A stretch of 64,000 nt of DNA from a virus. The stretch lies in IMG/VR virus record IMGVR_UViG_3300026521_000471, positions 122,518 to 186,517 of that record; one strand, written 5' to 3'. Positions 19,763 to 29,333 of the stretch are shown here, piece after piece. Position 1 is the first letter of the stretch. Each line of letters starts with the position of its first letter. The notes under the pieces are model-generated. The model did no database searches and was not told where the DNA came from. It saw nothing but the letters and a program-made list of their open reading frames with translations. The position numbers and the translations under genes are program-made.

Positions 19763-20500
19763 ATGATATATACCATATATAAAATCACAAATAAACTAAA
19801 TAATAAAATATATATAGGAGCCCACACAACAGAGGACATTTCCGACAATTATATGGGTTCGGGAGCAATATTAAAAAAAGCTATTGAAAAATATGGGTTA
19901 GATAATTTTTATAAAGAGGTGTTATATACGTTTACAACCGAAGAAGAAATGTATTTAAAAGAAGCAGAGTTAGTTAATGAAGAATTTATTCAACGAGATG
20001 ATACTTATAATTTAAAGGTCGGTGGATATGGAGGATGGTCTTATATTAACGAAAATAAATTAAATAATACAGAAAAAAATAGATTATCAAGATTAAAAAA
20101 TTTGGAAAAAGCAAATGAAGCAAATAAAAAATTAGTTGCTGAAGGGAAGCATAGAAAAGGCTTTAAGATTAGTGCGGAAACAAAATTGAAAATGTCGTTA
20201 AATAAGAATCGGTCATTTCCTGGCGAAAAAAACCCTCAATATGGGAAAAAATGCGTTAATAAAAATGGTAAAAATTTGATGATATTAAAAGAGGAAGTAA
20301 ATGACTATATTAAAAAAGGTTGGGAGTTAGGTCAAATACAAAATAAACCAGATACCAAAGGAAATAAAAATGCGTCCTTTGGTAAAAGCTGGTACACAAA
20401 TGGTGAAGAAAGTAAATTATTAAGCCAAGAAGAGTCAATTAAATACATTTCTTTAGGTTGGACAAAGGGTAGAACATTGAAAAAAAGTAAGACTAGCTAG
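19763..20500 (+). CDS. GIY-YIG homing endonuclease (Seg/I-TevI-like)
   Basis: N-terminal IYKITNKLNNKIYIGAHTT...YNLKVGGYGG is a GIY-YIG module. The Lys-rich C-terminal half resembles a DNA-binding region. Flanked by duplicated phoH 3' sequence. Confidence 0.7.
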   Translation: MIYTIYKITNKLNNKIYIGAHTTEDISDNYMGSGAILKKAIEKYGLDNFYKEVLYTFTTEEEMYLKEAELVNEEFIQRDDTYNLKVGGYGGWSYINENKLNNTEKNRLSRLKNLEKANEANKKLVAEGKHRKGFKISAETKLKMSLNKNRSFPGEKNPQYGKKCVNKNGKNLMILKEEVNDYIKKGWELGQIQNKPDTKGNKNASFGKSWYTNGEESKLLSQEESIKYISLGWTKGRTLKKSKTS

Positions 20501-20520
20501 TCTTACTAAAAATTTTTTCC
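20486..20520. terminator. 22-bp perfect palindrome (AGTAAGACTAGCTAGTCTTACT) spanning both convergent stop codons, with T-runs on both sides (bidirectional terminator-like)
   Basis: Read from the sequence. The homing-endonuclease and phoH reading frames both end ...SKTS within the palindrome. Confidence 0.5.
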
Positions 20521-21920
20521 GCAAATGTTGTTATAGGTCCTCTTAATACTTTCTGTAATTCTATACCGAATAAACTTACTTCTTCATGTTCTTCTTTTGT
20601 AGCATTTAAAAGTGCAGTCAAACCATTCGTATATTTGGTAATATATTGATTATCGATTTGTCTATTTGAACCCAATACAACAACTTTACAAGAAGAATCA
20701 ACCCTAGTCAATGTTAGTTGTAGTGTACTAGTACTCATATTTTGAGCTTCATCAATAATTACAATAGCATTAGATAAAGTTCTTCCGCGAAGTGCACCAG
20801 TCCACATAGTTTCAACTTGATAACGTTCTACTAACTCTTGGACTTTTTCAGATATTCGTTCTTCAGTTACAGTTTCTCCCTTACCAGGCTTATTTTCTTT
20901 TGATTTTTTTAACATTTGACCCGCAATATAAGCAAGAGTATCAAATAATGGGAAATTATATATCTCAAATTTTGCTTCATTCGTTGAAAGATAACCTACA
21001 TCTTCTCCTTTAGCTAACGATTCAACTGAGTTTCTAATATAGACTATACGTTGATATTCTTTACACTTAATCAATTCCATTGCTGCACTAATAGCTAAAA
21101 GGGTTTTACCAGAACCAGCTTTAGCTTCAGCTACAACGATATTATAATGATTATTAAGTAATGCATTACTAAAAAATAATTGTTCGGCATTCATAGGATT
21201 TACATTTTGTTTACGTAATTCTTTTTCATCTAAAAATTGTATTTTATTATTAATTATATAAGCAAGTATTTTTTGCCCGTCTTTATTAAAAATATAATTA
21301 AAATTATTTGGTTTGTGTTCGGAGTTAAAATCTAAAATATTATCTCCCTCTCGAACTTCCTGTCCATTTAAATTAATTTCTTTAATAAAATCTAAAGAAA
21401 TCTCTTTATTTCCTAAATTTAATGGTTCTGTCTCCAGTCCTAAACTTATAGCTCTTGTTCTAGCCATCACATCTAATGATATAAATTTAATATGTTCATA
21501 ATTTATATCCTCTGTATTATGTATTAAATCCAATGTAATTTCTAAGATCTTTCTATCATTTCTTATACTATTACTCGTATTATCAGAATCAGCTTTATAT
21601 ACTTCCTTGGATATAATATGAATAACAGTATCATCTACTTTAGTTTCGATTAAAACTATATCAAATGATTTATTGTTGTCGCTATTTGCTTTTATAACTC
21701 TTTTATCTTTAATTTCCGCATCAAATAACATTCTACCGAACTCTCTGGCTTGGAAATTTATTTCATCCCAACCACTTTTTTTACTATCTATTTCATCTAA
21801 TACTGTTTCTGGTAAAATAATAAGATTTTTACCATTATCCGATAAAGTGAATAGATTTTTTGCGTCGTCAAGTATTATATTTGTATCTAAACAAAATACT
21901 TTTTCAAATTTTTTAGTCAT
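20493..21920 (-). CDS. phoH: PhoH-like ATPase with N-terminal PIN domain (YlaK-type)
   Basis: PIN-like FCLDTNIILDD; Walker A AKAGSGKT; IIDEAQN; C-terminal PhoH signature. Confidence 0.85.
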   Translation of the reverse strand: MTKKFEKVFCLDTNIILDDAKNLFTLSDNGKNLIILPETVLDEIDSKKSGWDEINFQAREFGRMLFDAEIKDKRVIKANSDNNKSFDIVLIETKVDDTVIHIISKEVYKADSDNTSNSIRNDRKILEITLDLIHNTEDINYEHIKFISLDVMARTRAISLGLETEPLNLGNKEISLDFIKEINLNGQEVREGDNILDFNSEHKPNNFNYIFNKDGQKILAYIINNKIQFLDEKELRKQNVNPMNAEQLFFSNALLNNHYNIVVAEAKAGSGKTLLAISAAMELIKCKEYQRIVYIRNSVESLAKGEDVGYLSTNEAKFEIYNFPLFDTLAYIAGQMLKKSKENKPGKGETVTEERISEKVQELVERYQVETMWTGALRGRTLSNAIVIIDEAQNMSTSTLQLTLTRVDSSCKVVVLGSNRQIDNQYITKYTNGLTALLNATKEEHEEVSLFGIELQKVLRGPITTFAEKIFSKTS

Positions 21921-22087
21921 AAATAAAGTCTCCTTTTTGACATTTAAACGGATAGGAATAATTCCAATCTCATTTTTATTTATGAAATATTTCCCCCACT
22001 TACACCTTTTTCAAATATTTAACTATTAACAAACAATAAAAATTACTACGTACACCATATAAATAAAAAGAAAATAAGGCATTAAAA

Positions 22088-22531
22088 ATGAAAATAAGAA
22101 ATATTCTATTAGAAGCTAAAAAAAGAAGATGGAAAGGTCTAAATAATCATATCGTAGAAATTTTACCAAATAAAACGGGTTTCGGAACTGGTTCTGGTAA
22201 GTTTAGAATTAATAAAAAAGATGATAATGAAATTTGGACAATAAAAGTTGGACCAAATAGTACAAAATATTATATATATCTTGGTATAAGTCCTAATGCT
22301 AAAAAAATTGGATTTCGTATCCAGCCAAATAAAATAAATAGTGGAGTTGATGGTCATAAATTATTTAACAAAATTAAAAAATTAACAGATACTTTCAATA
22401 ATCAAATAATTTATCCAAAAAATAATAATACTGTAAATGAAGATTTTATTGATGAATTAATTAAATTAAATACTAATTTGTTTAATGAAATCAATAAAGC
22501 TGTGATAGATTTAAAAGAAAACTTTAAATAA
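22088..22531 (+). CDS. hypothetical protein
   Basis: ORF track; AAATAAGGCATTAAAAATG ribosome-binding site. Confidence 0.4.
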   Translation: MKIRNILLEAKKRRWKGLNNHIVEILPNKTGFGTGSGKFRINKKDDNEIWTIKVGPNSTKYYIYLGISPNAKKIGFRIQPNKINSGVDGHKLFNKIKKLTDTFNNQIIYPKNNNTVNEDFIDELIKLNTNLFNEINKAVIDLKENFK

Positions 22532-22536
22532 TTTTT

Positions 22537-23946
22537 TTATTTAAAGTTTTTTAATTCTATTTTTTCAACCTCAAATGGGTATTGAGCCTCTTTATAAAAA
22601 TCTTTTCTAGATTTTATATGTTTTTTATCATATTTTAAATTAGATGTTATATCAATTACTGTAACATGTTCTTTCTGTCCAGATTTTCTTCTAAGCCCTC
22701 TTCCAATCGATTGTATAACTTTTGTAAAACTTTTTCCAGGTGTAGGTGCAAGAATTAAGTTGTTAATATGTACAATATCAATTCCAGTACTAAGTAATGA
22801 ATATGTTCCAACTGTTACTAAATTACCACCATAAACGAATTCATTAAATTTCTCTTGTCTTTTATCAACCGTTAATTTTGAACTAATATAACCACACTCT
22901 AGAAATTCTGATAAATCTTCAGCCGGATCTATATTCTTCATCAATATCAATGTGTTACCTTCTAATGAATCAACAATGGCTTTCATTAATTTTTGAAACA
23001 TTTCATTACTTTGTAAAAAAACAGTCTCTTCATGCCAGTCAATAAATGAGCCTAAATATTCTTTAGGGTAAACCAATTCAAAAATATTAATATCTATTGA
23101 AGATAATATATTTCTCTTTTGTAATTCATGTGCTTTTACATCATAAACCACAGGACCAAAACCAGCTGTTAAATTAGCTTTGTCTAAAGGATCTTTTGGC
23201 ACAGTACCCGTCAAACCTATTCTCAAATATGAATTTTTTGCCTCATTCATAATTTGTTGAGCTACATATGCTTTAGCGCCATGTACTTCATCCCATATCA
23301 CACATTCAAAATCTCGTATAAAATGTTTATTATTTTGTAGTGTTTGCCAAGTAGCCACAATATTAATTTCATTATCTTTTTTACCACTACCAAACATACC
23401 GACAGGAATATCAAATTGTTTTATATAATCAAATGTCTGTTTTAACAATGATGATGATGGTACAATGACAATCGTTTTCATATTTAGTTTATTGGCATAT
23501 TTAACGATAGCTGATGTCAATAAGGTATTATGATGAACTGTTCCATTTGCTATTTGATATAAATGATTTTCAGAATTAACTTCGACATCATATAATAAAC
23601 CCTGTTCATTTAGATTCTCTATATTTGTAACTACTGCCATATGTTTTTCATCAACATTATATAATCTATCACCTATAGACAATTCATTGACTTTTTTTAT
23701 AGTTTGGTCATCTAACATTAAGATATGATTATCAGTAGTTATTATATTCTCTATTGCATCAATCTCTAGCTTTATTAAATTATCCTCTTTTACAATAAGA
23801 CCTTTAATATCAACCCATTTACCGACCTCATCTTGAATTTGAATTGGTGTACGTTGAAAATATTCCTCATCTCTACGAAATGCAATATCTTCTTCTAACG
23901 ATATTATTTTAAATAATTGTTCAAAAGTTAATTCTATTTCTTCCAT
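22537..23946 (-). CDS. C-terminal fragment of a split SF2 (UvsW-like) DNA helicase: 137-aa C-intein (IntC) followed by helicase motifs Ia-VI
   Basis: A TAA lies immediately upstream of the ATG. Residues 1-137 carry intein block B (TTDNHILM) and blocks F/G (LLYDVEVNSENHLYQIANGTVHHN). The +1 Thr then starts TLLTSAIVKYA...TIVIVPSSSL (motif Ia), DEVH (motif II), GLTGT (motif III) and QSIGRGLRR (motif VI). The P-loop (motif I) is absent and is found in the N-fragment at 39479..40027. Confidence 0.8.
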   Translation of the reverse strand: MEEIELTFEQLFKIISLEEDIAFRRDEEYFQRTPIQIQDEVGKWVDIKGLIVKEDNLIKLEIDAIENIITTDNHILMLDDQTIKKVNELSIGDRLYNVDEKHMAVVTNIENLNEQGLLYDVEVNSENHLYQIANGTVHHNTLLTSAIVKYANKLNMKTIVIVPSSSLLKQTFDYIKQFDIPVGMFGSGKKDNEINIVATWQTLQNNKHFIRDFECVIWDEVHGAKAYVAQQIMNEAKNSYLRIGLTGTVPKDPLDKANLTAGFGPVVYDVKAHELQKRNILSSIDINIFELVYPKEYLGSFIDWHEETVFLQSNEMFQKLMKAIVDSLEGNTLILMKNIDPAEDLSEFLECGYISSKLTVDKRQEKFNEFVYGGNLVTVGTYSLLSTGIDIVHINNLILAPTPGKSFTKVIQSIGRGLRRKSGQKEHVTVIDITSNLKYDKKHIKSRKDFYKEAQYPFEVEKIELKNFK

Positions 23947-24057
23947 TTATAGTCCTAAGAATTTATATAATATATTAATTATACATTTTATGTTAATAAA
24001 TATTTAAAGTATAATAGTGTATAATAATAACTTATTACCATAAAAAGGGATTTTAAC

Positions 24058-24999
24058 TTGAAATTTTTAATTAGTTTTTTATTTATCATAACACACTTAC
24101 AAGCACTAAGTACAGAACAAATAAATAAAATAAAATCAACCTATAAAATAGGAATGGAAATAAAAGCGTCAGATGGGATGACATTTGGTTATAGTTTAGC
24201 AAGTATTATGGGACAAGAAAGTTCTTGGGGACGATACGTTGTTGGTGATAAATGGGCAAATGGAAAATTAAAGCCTCTTTATGATTCATCGTTAGGAAAC
24301 TTTCAAGTAAAATTAGAAACAGCAAAAATAACAATTAAAAAATTTCAACATTTAAAAAAGAAATATGCATATTTAATTTATGATGGAAGAATAAATTATG
24401 ATAAATTTGCTAAATATAAATCGGATTATATATATCTAAAAACTATTACTAAAGATGGTTTTAATAGTTATTTTGAAGCTAAATCTGTACATTTATTAAA
24501 TAATAAAAATTATGACAAAATATTATATTATGAATCAATATTAAATAATCCTATTTGGATTAAAAGATATAACTCTGAGGAGAAAAGAGCTATAAGAACT
24601 TTTAAATGGGCAAAAAAAGAATTAAAATACCATAAAAATATTCATAAAAATAATATTAAAAAATTGAAGATTAAATTAAAAGAACAATACCCACAAGATT
24701 TAGCACACCTTAAAGAAGTAAAAATCCAATATATAAAAATGAAAAGGAAAGTAGACAAAGATGTATTGATGGTTAATAAATTATTAAGTGATTTTAATTT
24801 TGGTGCTGAAATTGCTGGACACTATCTCCTTTTATGTTATGAACAAGCTAAGAAAAAACATTTTAAAAATCCTCTTAAAAAAGCAATAGGACGATATAAT
24901 GGTGGGTGGAATAATACTCAATATTATCTAAAAGTCAAAGAACGTATGAAAGTTGTTAAAAAAGTTATCAATAATAATTTAAATACAATGAATAAATAA
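24058..24999 (+). CDS. lytic transglycosylase (SLT domain) with signal peptide
   Basis: TTG start after AAAAGGGA. N-terminal hydrophobic signal sequence. LASIMGQESSWG and LGNFQV match the SLT catalytic E-S and GLMQ-like motifs. Confidence 0.55.
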   Translation: MKFLISFLFIITHLQALSTEQINKIKSTYKIGMEIKASDGMTFGYSLASIMGQESSWGRYVVGDKWANGKLKPLYDSSLGNFQVKLETAKITIKKFQHLKKKYAYLIYDGRINYDKFAKYKSDYIYLKTITKDGFNSYFEAKSVHLLNNKNYDKILYYESILNNPIWIKRYNSEEKRAIRTFKWAKKELKYHKNIHKNNIKKLKIKLKEQYPQDLAHLKEVKIQYIKMKRKVDKDVLMVNKLLSDFNFGAEIAGHYLLLCYEQAKKKHFKNPLKKAIGRYNGGWNNTQYYLKVKERMKVVKKVINNNLNTMNK

Positions 25000-25023
25000 A
25001 AGAAAAATAAGGATGAAACATTC

Positions 25024-25377
25024 ATGGTTATAAATTTTGATAAACAAATAGACCCAAATATAACAGATATTAAAGTAGCTGGACAAGACTTTGAAATGAT
25101 TAATCTTGTAACTGGTGGATCAATGGGGTGGAGTATCGATATTGATCTAAATATTATCAGTTTTCTGGGAACAACAGATGTTCAAATTACTTTTAATTCA
25201 GCATCTTCATTAGAACTTTACTCTAAACAAATAGAGTTGGCTACTAGTACACCATATAATCCATATACACATGGATTAGCAGAAGATCCTCATTATGATA
25301 AAATACCGACAGGTCAAATTCAAACACATACATATACTGATACAGATATTGAACAAGACTTGATCAATAATAATTAA
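25024..25377 (+). CDS. hypothetical protein; paralogue of the next gene (shared C-terminal HTYxDTDIE(Q/K)DLIN motif)
   Basis: ORF track; C-terminal motif shared with 25394..25768. Confidence 0.45.
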   Translation: MVINFDKQIDPNITDIKVAGQDFEMINLVTGGSMGWSIDIDLNIISFLGTTDVQITFNSASSLELYSKQIELATSTPYNPYTHGLAEDPHYDKIPTGQIQTHTYTDTDIEQDLINNN

Positions 25378-25393
25378 ATAAAGGAATTAAATA

Positions 25394-25768
25394 ATGGTTA
25401 GATTAGAATTTGTTAAAGGACAAGGTGGTGTTGCAAATATCATTAATGGTAATCTAAGAGATACTGATAGAGAAGAATTATTAGATATTGAAGATGCAAC
25501 ACGAGTTATAGTTAATTTCTATTCAGCTATCGCTATAAATGATGATTTAATTGCTATGGAGATATCTGGGTATATTATTGTTTTTGAGTCATTAGAAGAT
25601 ATGGAACCATATCTAACACAAATAGATTTATTAGATGGTGAAATTTTTAATCCTGGTATTAATGGAATAAAAACTCCGGATTGGGATGTAGCAAGTAGAG
25701 ATAAAACCGAAGGTATTGTAGAACATACATATGAAGATACCGATATTGAAAAAGATCTAATAAATTAA
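25394..25768 (+). CDS. hypothetical protein; paralogue of the previous gene
   Basis: ORF track; ends ...EHTYEDTDIEKDLIN. Confidence 0.45.
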   Translation: MVRLEFVKGQGGVANIINGNLRDTDREELLDIEDATRVIVNFYSAIAINDDLIAMEISGYIIVFESLEDMEPYLTQIDLLDGEIFNPGINGIKTPDWDVASRDKTEGIVEHTYEDTDIEKDLIN

Positions 25769-25812
25769 TATATCACATATAAATAAAAGTGTAAAAAAAA
25801 TAAGGAGTTACT

Positions 25813-26022
25813 ATGAAATTAGGTGAACTATTAAACAAAAATACAATAAATGAAAATTCAAATATTACTGAAGATGTTTTAAGACAAGCAATGGCAGAAT
25901 CAGGTAAAACTCGAGCGAATGACCTAAAAGCATACTTAAAATATAAATTTCCAGATATGCCTTTTACTGCTAAAGAACTAACAGCTATTGTAAAAGAGTT
26001 TAGAACAACTCTAGATTATTAA
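25813..26022 (+). CDS. hypothetical small protein
   Basis: ORF track; AAGGAG ribosome-binding site. Confidence 0.35.
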   Translation: MKLGELLNKNTINENSNITEDVLRQAMAESGKTRANDLKAYLKYKFPDMPFTAKELTAIVKEFRTTLDY

Positions 26023-26024
26023 TC

Positions 26025-26624
26025 TCAATTATAAGGTTCTATATTAAATTCTTCAAATAGAACCTTAAGCCCAACAGTTAATTTTCCCGACTTTGGAAAG
26101 TCAGGAAATTTTTTCTTTCGTCCACTCAATCCATATTCTTTTTTTAATTTATTATAATTTCGTTTAGATACCTTTTGAGCTTTTGGTTCTTCTGATGGAT
26201 GTATATAAAAATTTCCTTCTTCATCTTGATATGCACCAGCTTCTAAATAATCTGCTAAATTTCGTAAAAAATCTGGCAAACTGATCGGGTGGTTAGTTTC
26301 ATCTGCTCCGAAATATCTTTTCCAGTTATTTGTGATTTTTCCTTCCATTGCATTTGCCCTAAACTCTAAAGCATTTCTAATCGTACCTTTTTGTTCAGAA
26401 CATTCTTCATTTTTTAATTTATGAATATGATCTAATACCATTTTATCGAGTTCAACCTCAATTCCTAATAATGGACATATTTTATTATTTTCTAACCATA
26501 ATTTTTCTTTTAATTCTTTTATATTTTTCTGTTTTAATTGTATTAATTGTTTCATAGTTTTATTTATATGATAAAAATTGTAAAATTGATATAAAAAAAA
26601 TAAGGTTTTGTAATGGATGAGCAA
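26025..26624 (-). CDS. putative His-Me finger nuclease (HNH / T4 endonuclease VII-like)
   Basis: ICPLLG...VLDHIHKL...EEC loosely resembles the endo VII CxxC...HLDHDHEL core. Free-standing on the minus strand between plus-strand genes. Confidence 0.35.
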   Translation of the reverse strand: MLIHYKTLFFLYQFYNFYHINKTMKQLIQLKQKNIKELKEKLWLENNKICPLLGIEVELDKMVLDHIHKLKNEECSEQKGTIRNALEFRANAMEGKITNNWKRYFGADETNHPISLPDFLRNLADYLEAGAYQDEEGNFYIHPSEEPKAQKVSKRNYNKLKKEYGLSGRKKKFPDFPKSGKLTVGLKVLFEEFNIEPYN

Positions 26625-28034
26625 ATAGATGATACAGAATATGAAGACGCTTTAGCCGAATTAGAGGCAGAATCATCTTCAAAAAAGAAAAAGAAGAAAA
26701 AAACAGTTGAACATTCAGAAGGCAAACTATTAGATATTGAAGATAAAGAACGAATTTTACTTGCTCAACTTATTAATAACCCAGAATTATTTGTTAAAGG
26801 TATAACTTTTCTAGATAAAGATTTCTTTGAATCAAAAATTAATAAATTAATTGTGGAATTTATGATTGATTATTATGATTTATATAAAAGTATCCCGCCT
26901 GAAGATGCTATACTATTAGAATTAAATTTAGATAACGTACATGATGATTGGTTAGATATAAATAAACCTTGGCCAACAGAGTATCTTGAAGACTATTTAA
27001 ATGCGTTTATAAAAAATATGAGTATGAAAGGTGCTATCGAAGATAGTATTGAATTACTAGAAGAAGAAGATTATGGAACTATTGAGAAGAAGATTAAAGA
27101 TGCTGTAAACGTTGATATTGATACAAAGTTAGGTGTAACCATAGATACTGATAAAGATAATTTTCGTGACTTATTTAAAATGCTAACATCAACTGAAGCT
27201 ACAATTCCAACTGGATGGTGGAACGTAGATGATAAATTAGATGGTGGTGTAACAATACCAAGTTTAAATTATTTATTAGCTAAATCTGGTGGTGGTAAAT
27301 CAATAGGTTTAATAAATTTAGCATGGAATTATATTCAGATGAAAAGGGATGTTATTTATATTTCTCTAGAACTAAAGGAAGAGAAAATCATGAAGAGGTA
27401 TATAACCCACTCAACTAAAATTCCGACCCATCAAATTGAAAAGTCTGAGATGGAAATTTATAACCATCTAAAGAAATGTGATAATAAGGGGTATGGTCGA
27501 TTTACTGTTCATTTCTATCAACCCAATACACTAAGTGCAATGAAGTTGGAATTATTTGTAAGAAATTATTTACAAAAATATAATACAGTACCTATTATTA
27601 TTCTAGATTATGCAGGTTTAATGACACCAAATGGTAAAAATTGGCAAGGTATGTTTGAAAAAGATAAATATGTTTCTGAAGAATTAAGAGCTGTGGCAAC
27701 GTTATTTGATACGATCGTTTGGACAGCAGACCAATATAATAGATGTATATCATTTGGTGAACAGGTAATAACACCGAATGGTAAAAAAAATATTGAAGAT
27801 GTTGAAATAGGGGATAAAGTTCTTGGGGGCAATAATAGTTATCGTACTGTAACAGCGATAACGGAGCCGGAAGAACAAGAAGTATATAAAATTACTTTAA
27901 AAAGTGGAAAAACTATCAAAGTATCAGGAAGACATATCTTCCCAAAAGTTTTAGAAGATGGGAAATTAGTAGAAGATTGCATATTATCTTCATTAAGTAT
28001 AGGTGACAAGTTGGTGGTCTCCGATAAAATATGA
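26613..28034 (+). CDS. DnaB / T4 gp41-like replicative helicase N-extein, interrupted after the QxNR motif by the N-terminal half of a classical split intein (IntN ~99 aa)
   Basis: TGWWNVDDKLDGG...LLAKSGGGKSIGLINLA (Walker A), IIILDYAGLM (Walker B), ...WTADQYNR. This is followed by CISFGEQVITPNGKKNIEDVEIGDKVLG (intein block A), TLKSGKTIKVSGRHIFP (block B) and ...SIGDKLVVSDKI, then a stop. Confidence 0.75.
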   Translation: MDEQIDDTEYEDALAELEAESSSKKKKKKKTVEHSEGKLLDIEDKERILLAQLINNPELFVKGITFLDKDFFESKINKLIVEFMIDYYDLYKSIPPEDAILLELNLDNVHDDWLDINKPWPTEYLEDYLNAFIKNMSMKGAIEDSIELLEEEDYGTIEKKIKDAVNVDIDTKLGVTIDTDKDNFRDLFKMLTSTEATIPTGWWNVDDKLDGGVTIPSLNYLLAKSGGGKSIGLINLAWNYIQMKRDVIYISLELKEEKIMKRYITHSTKIPTHQIEKSEMEIYNHLKKCDNKGYGRFTVHFYQPNTLSAMKLELFVRNYLQKYNTVPIIILDYAGLMTPNGKNWQGMFEKDKYVSEELRAVATLFDTIVWTADQYNRCISFGEQVITPNGKKNIEDVEIGDKVLGGNNSYRTVTAITEPEEQEVYKITLKSGKTIKVSGRHIFPKVLEDGKLVEDCILSSLSIGDKLVVSDKI

Positions 28035-28270
28035 AAAATGGAACATTCAGATTAAAAACTAGATTATTTATCTTTCCAAAATCATTCTTTGGTATTGAGA
28101 AGTGGGGCATTCAAAAAGTATATCAACGTTTTTGGAAAGACTATGTTAATTATGAAGAGCCAGACTTTGCATGTTGGGAAGATTACTGCTGGGATAATCA
28201 AATAGAAAGATTAATTTGATTTTAAGGTTAATTTAGATATTATTTTTAAATATAATTCAAGGAGAATAAT

Positions 28271-28795
28271 ATGCTAGTTATTAAAGCTATACAATTTGCA
28301 GCAGAAAAACATAAAGGTCAAGAACGAAGATGTTCTGGATTACCCTATGTAACACATCCAATTATTGTATCTCAACTAATTGCAAAATATAAAAATGGCT
28401 CTAAAAAGCTAGATGAATTACAATGTGCTGGATTACTCCATGATGTTTTAGAAGATACAGATTGTACATATTCTGAGTTAGAGCGGGAATTTGGTCCATT
28501 AGTAGCTTCAATAGTCGTTGAATTAACGTCAGATCCTGTAGCAATTAAGCAGCTAGGTAAGAATGAATATTTAAAGCAAAAAATGATTAAAATGTCTAAA
28601 TATGCTTTTATCATAAAATTAATAGATCGACTTTCAAATGTTTTAGACAAACCTGGAGAGTCATATGTTAAAAAGACGTTAAATATGATGGAATTTCTTA
28701 AAAAAAATCGTCCTGATATAACTGAACGGCAATTAAGAATTATAAATGAGATAGAAAATGTGTGTCTGGAGTTTCAAAAAAATGAGTGTAAGTAA
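28271..28795 (+). CDS. HD-domain (p)ppGpp hydrolase-like protein (RelA/SpoT HD family, small alarmone hydrolase)
   Basis: AAEKHKGQERRCSGLPYVTHPIIV...AGLLHDVLEDT...EREFGPLVASIVVELT matches the RelA/SpoT HD-domain signature. Confidence 0.65.
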   Translation: MLVIKAIQFAAEKHKGQERRCSGLPYVTHPIIVSQLIAKYKNGSKKLDELQCAGLLHDVLEDTDCTYSELEREFGPLVASIVVELTSDPVAIKQLGKNEYLKQKMIKMSKYAFIIKLIDRLSNVLDKPGESYVKKTLNMMEFLKKNRPDITERQLRIINEIENVCLEFQKNECK

Positions 28796-29300
28796 ATTTG
28801 AATATCAACTATTAGAAGATGAATTGAAAAAAACTAAACGTGAGTTAAACCAATTAAAAAATATGCAAGAATTTGAATATCTAGTAGGTCAAGAATTTAA
28901 AATGCCTATGAAATTTGGTTTTGATATTACAGAGTCAAATATTAAATCACTAAAAAGTGATTTAGGATTCATTTTATGGGCACTTATAAAAAATAACCAT
29001 TTAACTCCAGAAGATTTTGATGATGAAGTAATGTCAGCTGTTGAAAAAATAAATCAAATACGTCCAAAAAATTACGTAGAATTTAAAGCAGCAATATCGT
29101 TTAGTAGATTACGTCAATCTAATAAATATGGTAGTACCTATATTGAAGAATTTCAAACACAAATTTTAAATGATGTTTATTGGTTAGGAATCTGGTTTTA
29201 TATTAAAAATCCACAAGAATTTTTATTTGAATATAATAATAAAATTATGCAATTAAACACTAAAAATTTTTCATTTGTAAACCCCCAATTATTTGTTTAA
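28782..29300 (+). CDS. hypothetical protein (start moved to the internal ATG to avoid overlap)
   Basis: The ORF track gives 28758. ATG 28782 (MSVSKFEY) lies closer to the stop of the upstream gene. Confidence 0.4.
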   Translation: MSVSKFEYQLLEDELKKTKRELNQLKNMQEFEYLVGQEFKMPMKFGFDITESNIKSLKSDLGFILWALIKNNHLTPEDFDDEVMSAVEKINQIRPKNYVEFKAAISFSRLRQSNKYGSTYIEEFQTQILNDVYWLGIWFYIKNPQEFLFEYNNKIMQLNTKNFSFVNPQLFV

Positions 29301-29333
29301 TAGTTATAAATATTTTAAAAAGTAGGTTTAAAT

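Noticed and set aside
28031-28219. A possible C-intein partner ORF directly downstream of the DnaB-IntN gene
   Set aside because: No HN terminal motif and no DnaB C-terminal sequence. Probably a spurious or unrelated small ORF.
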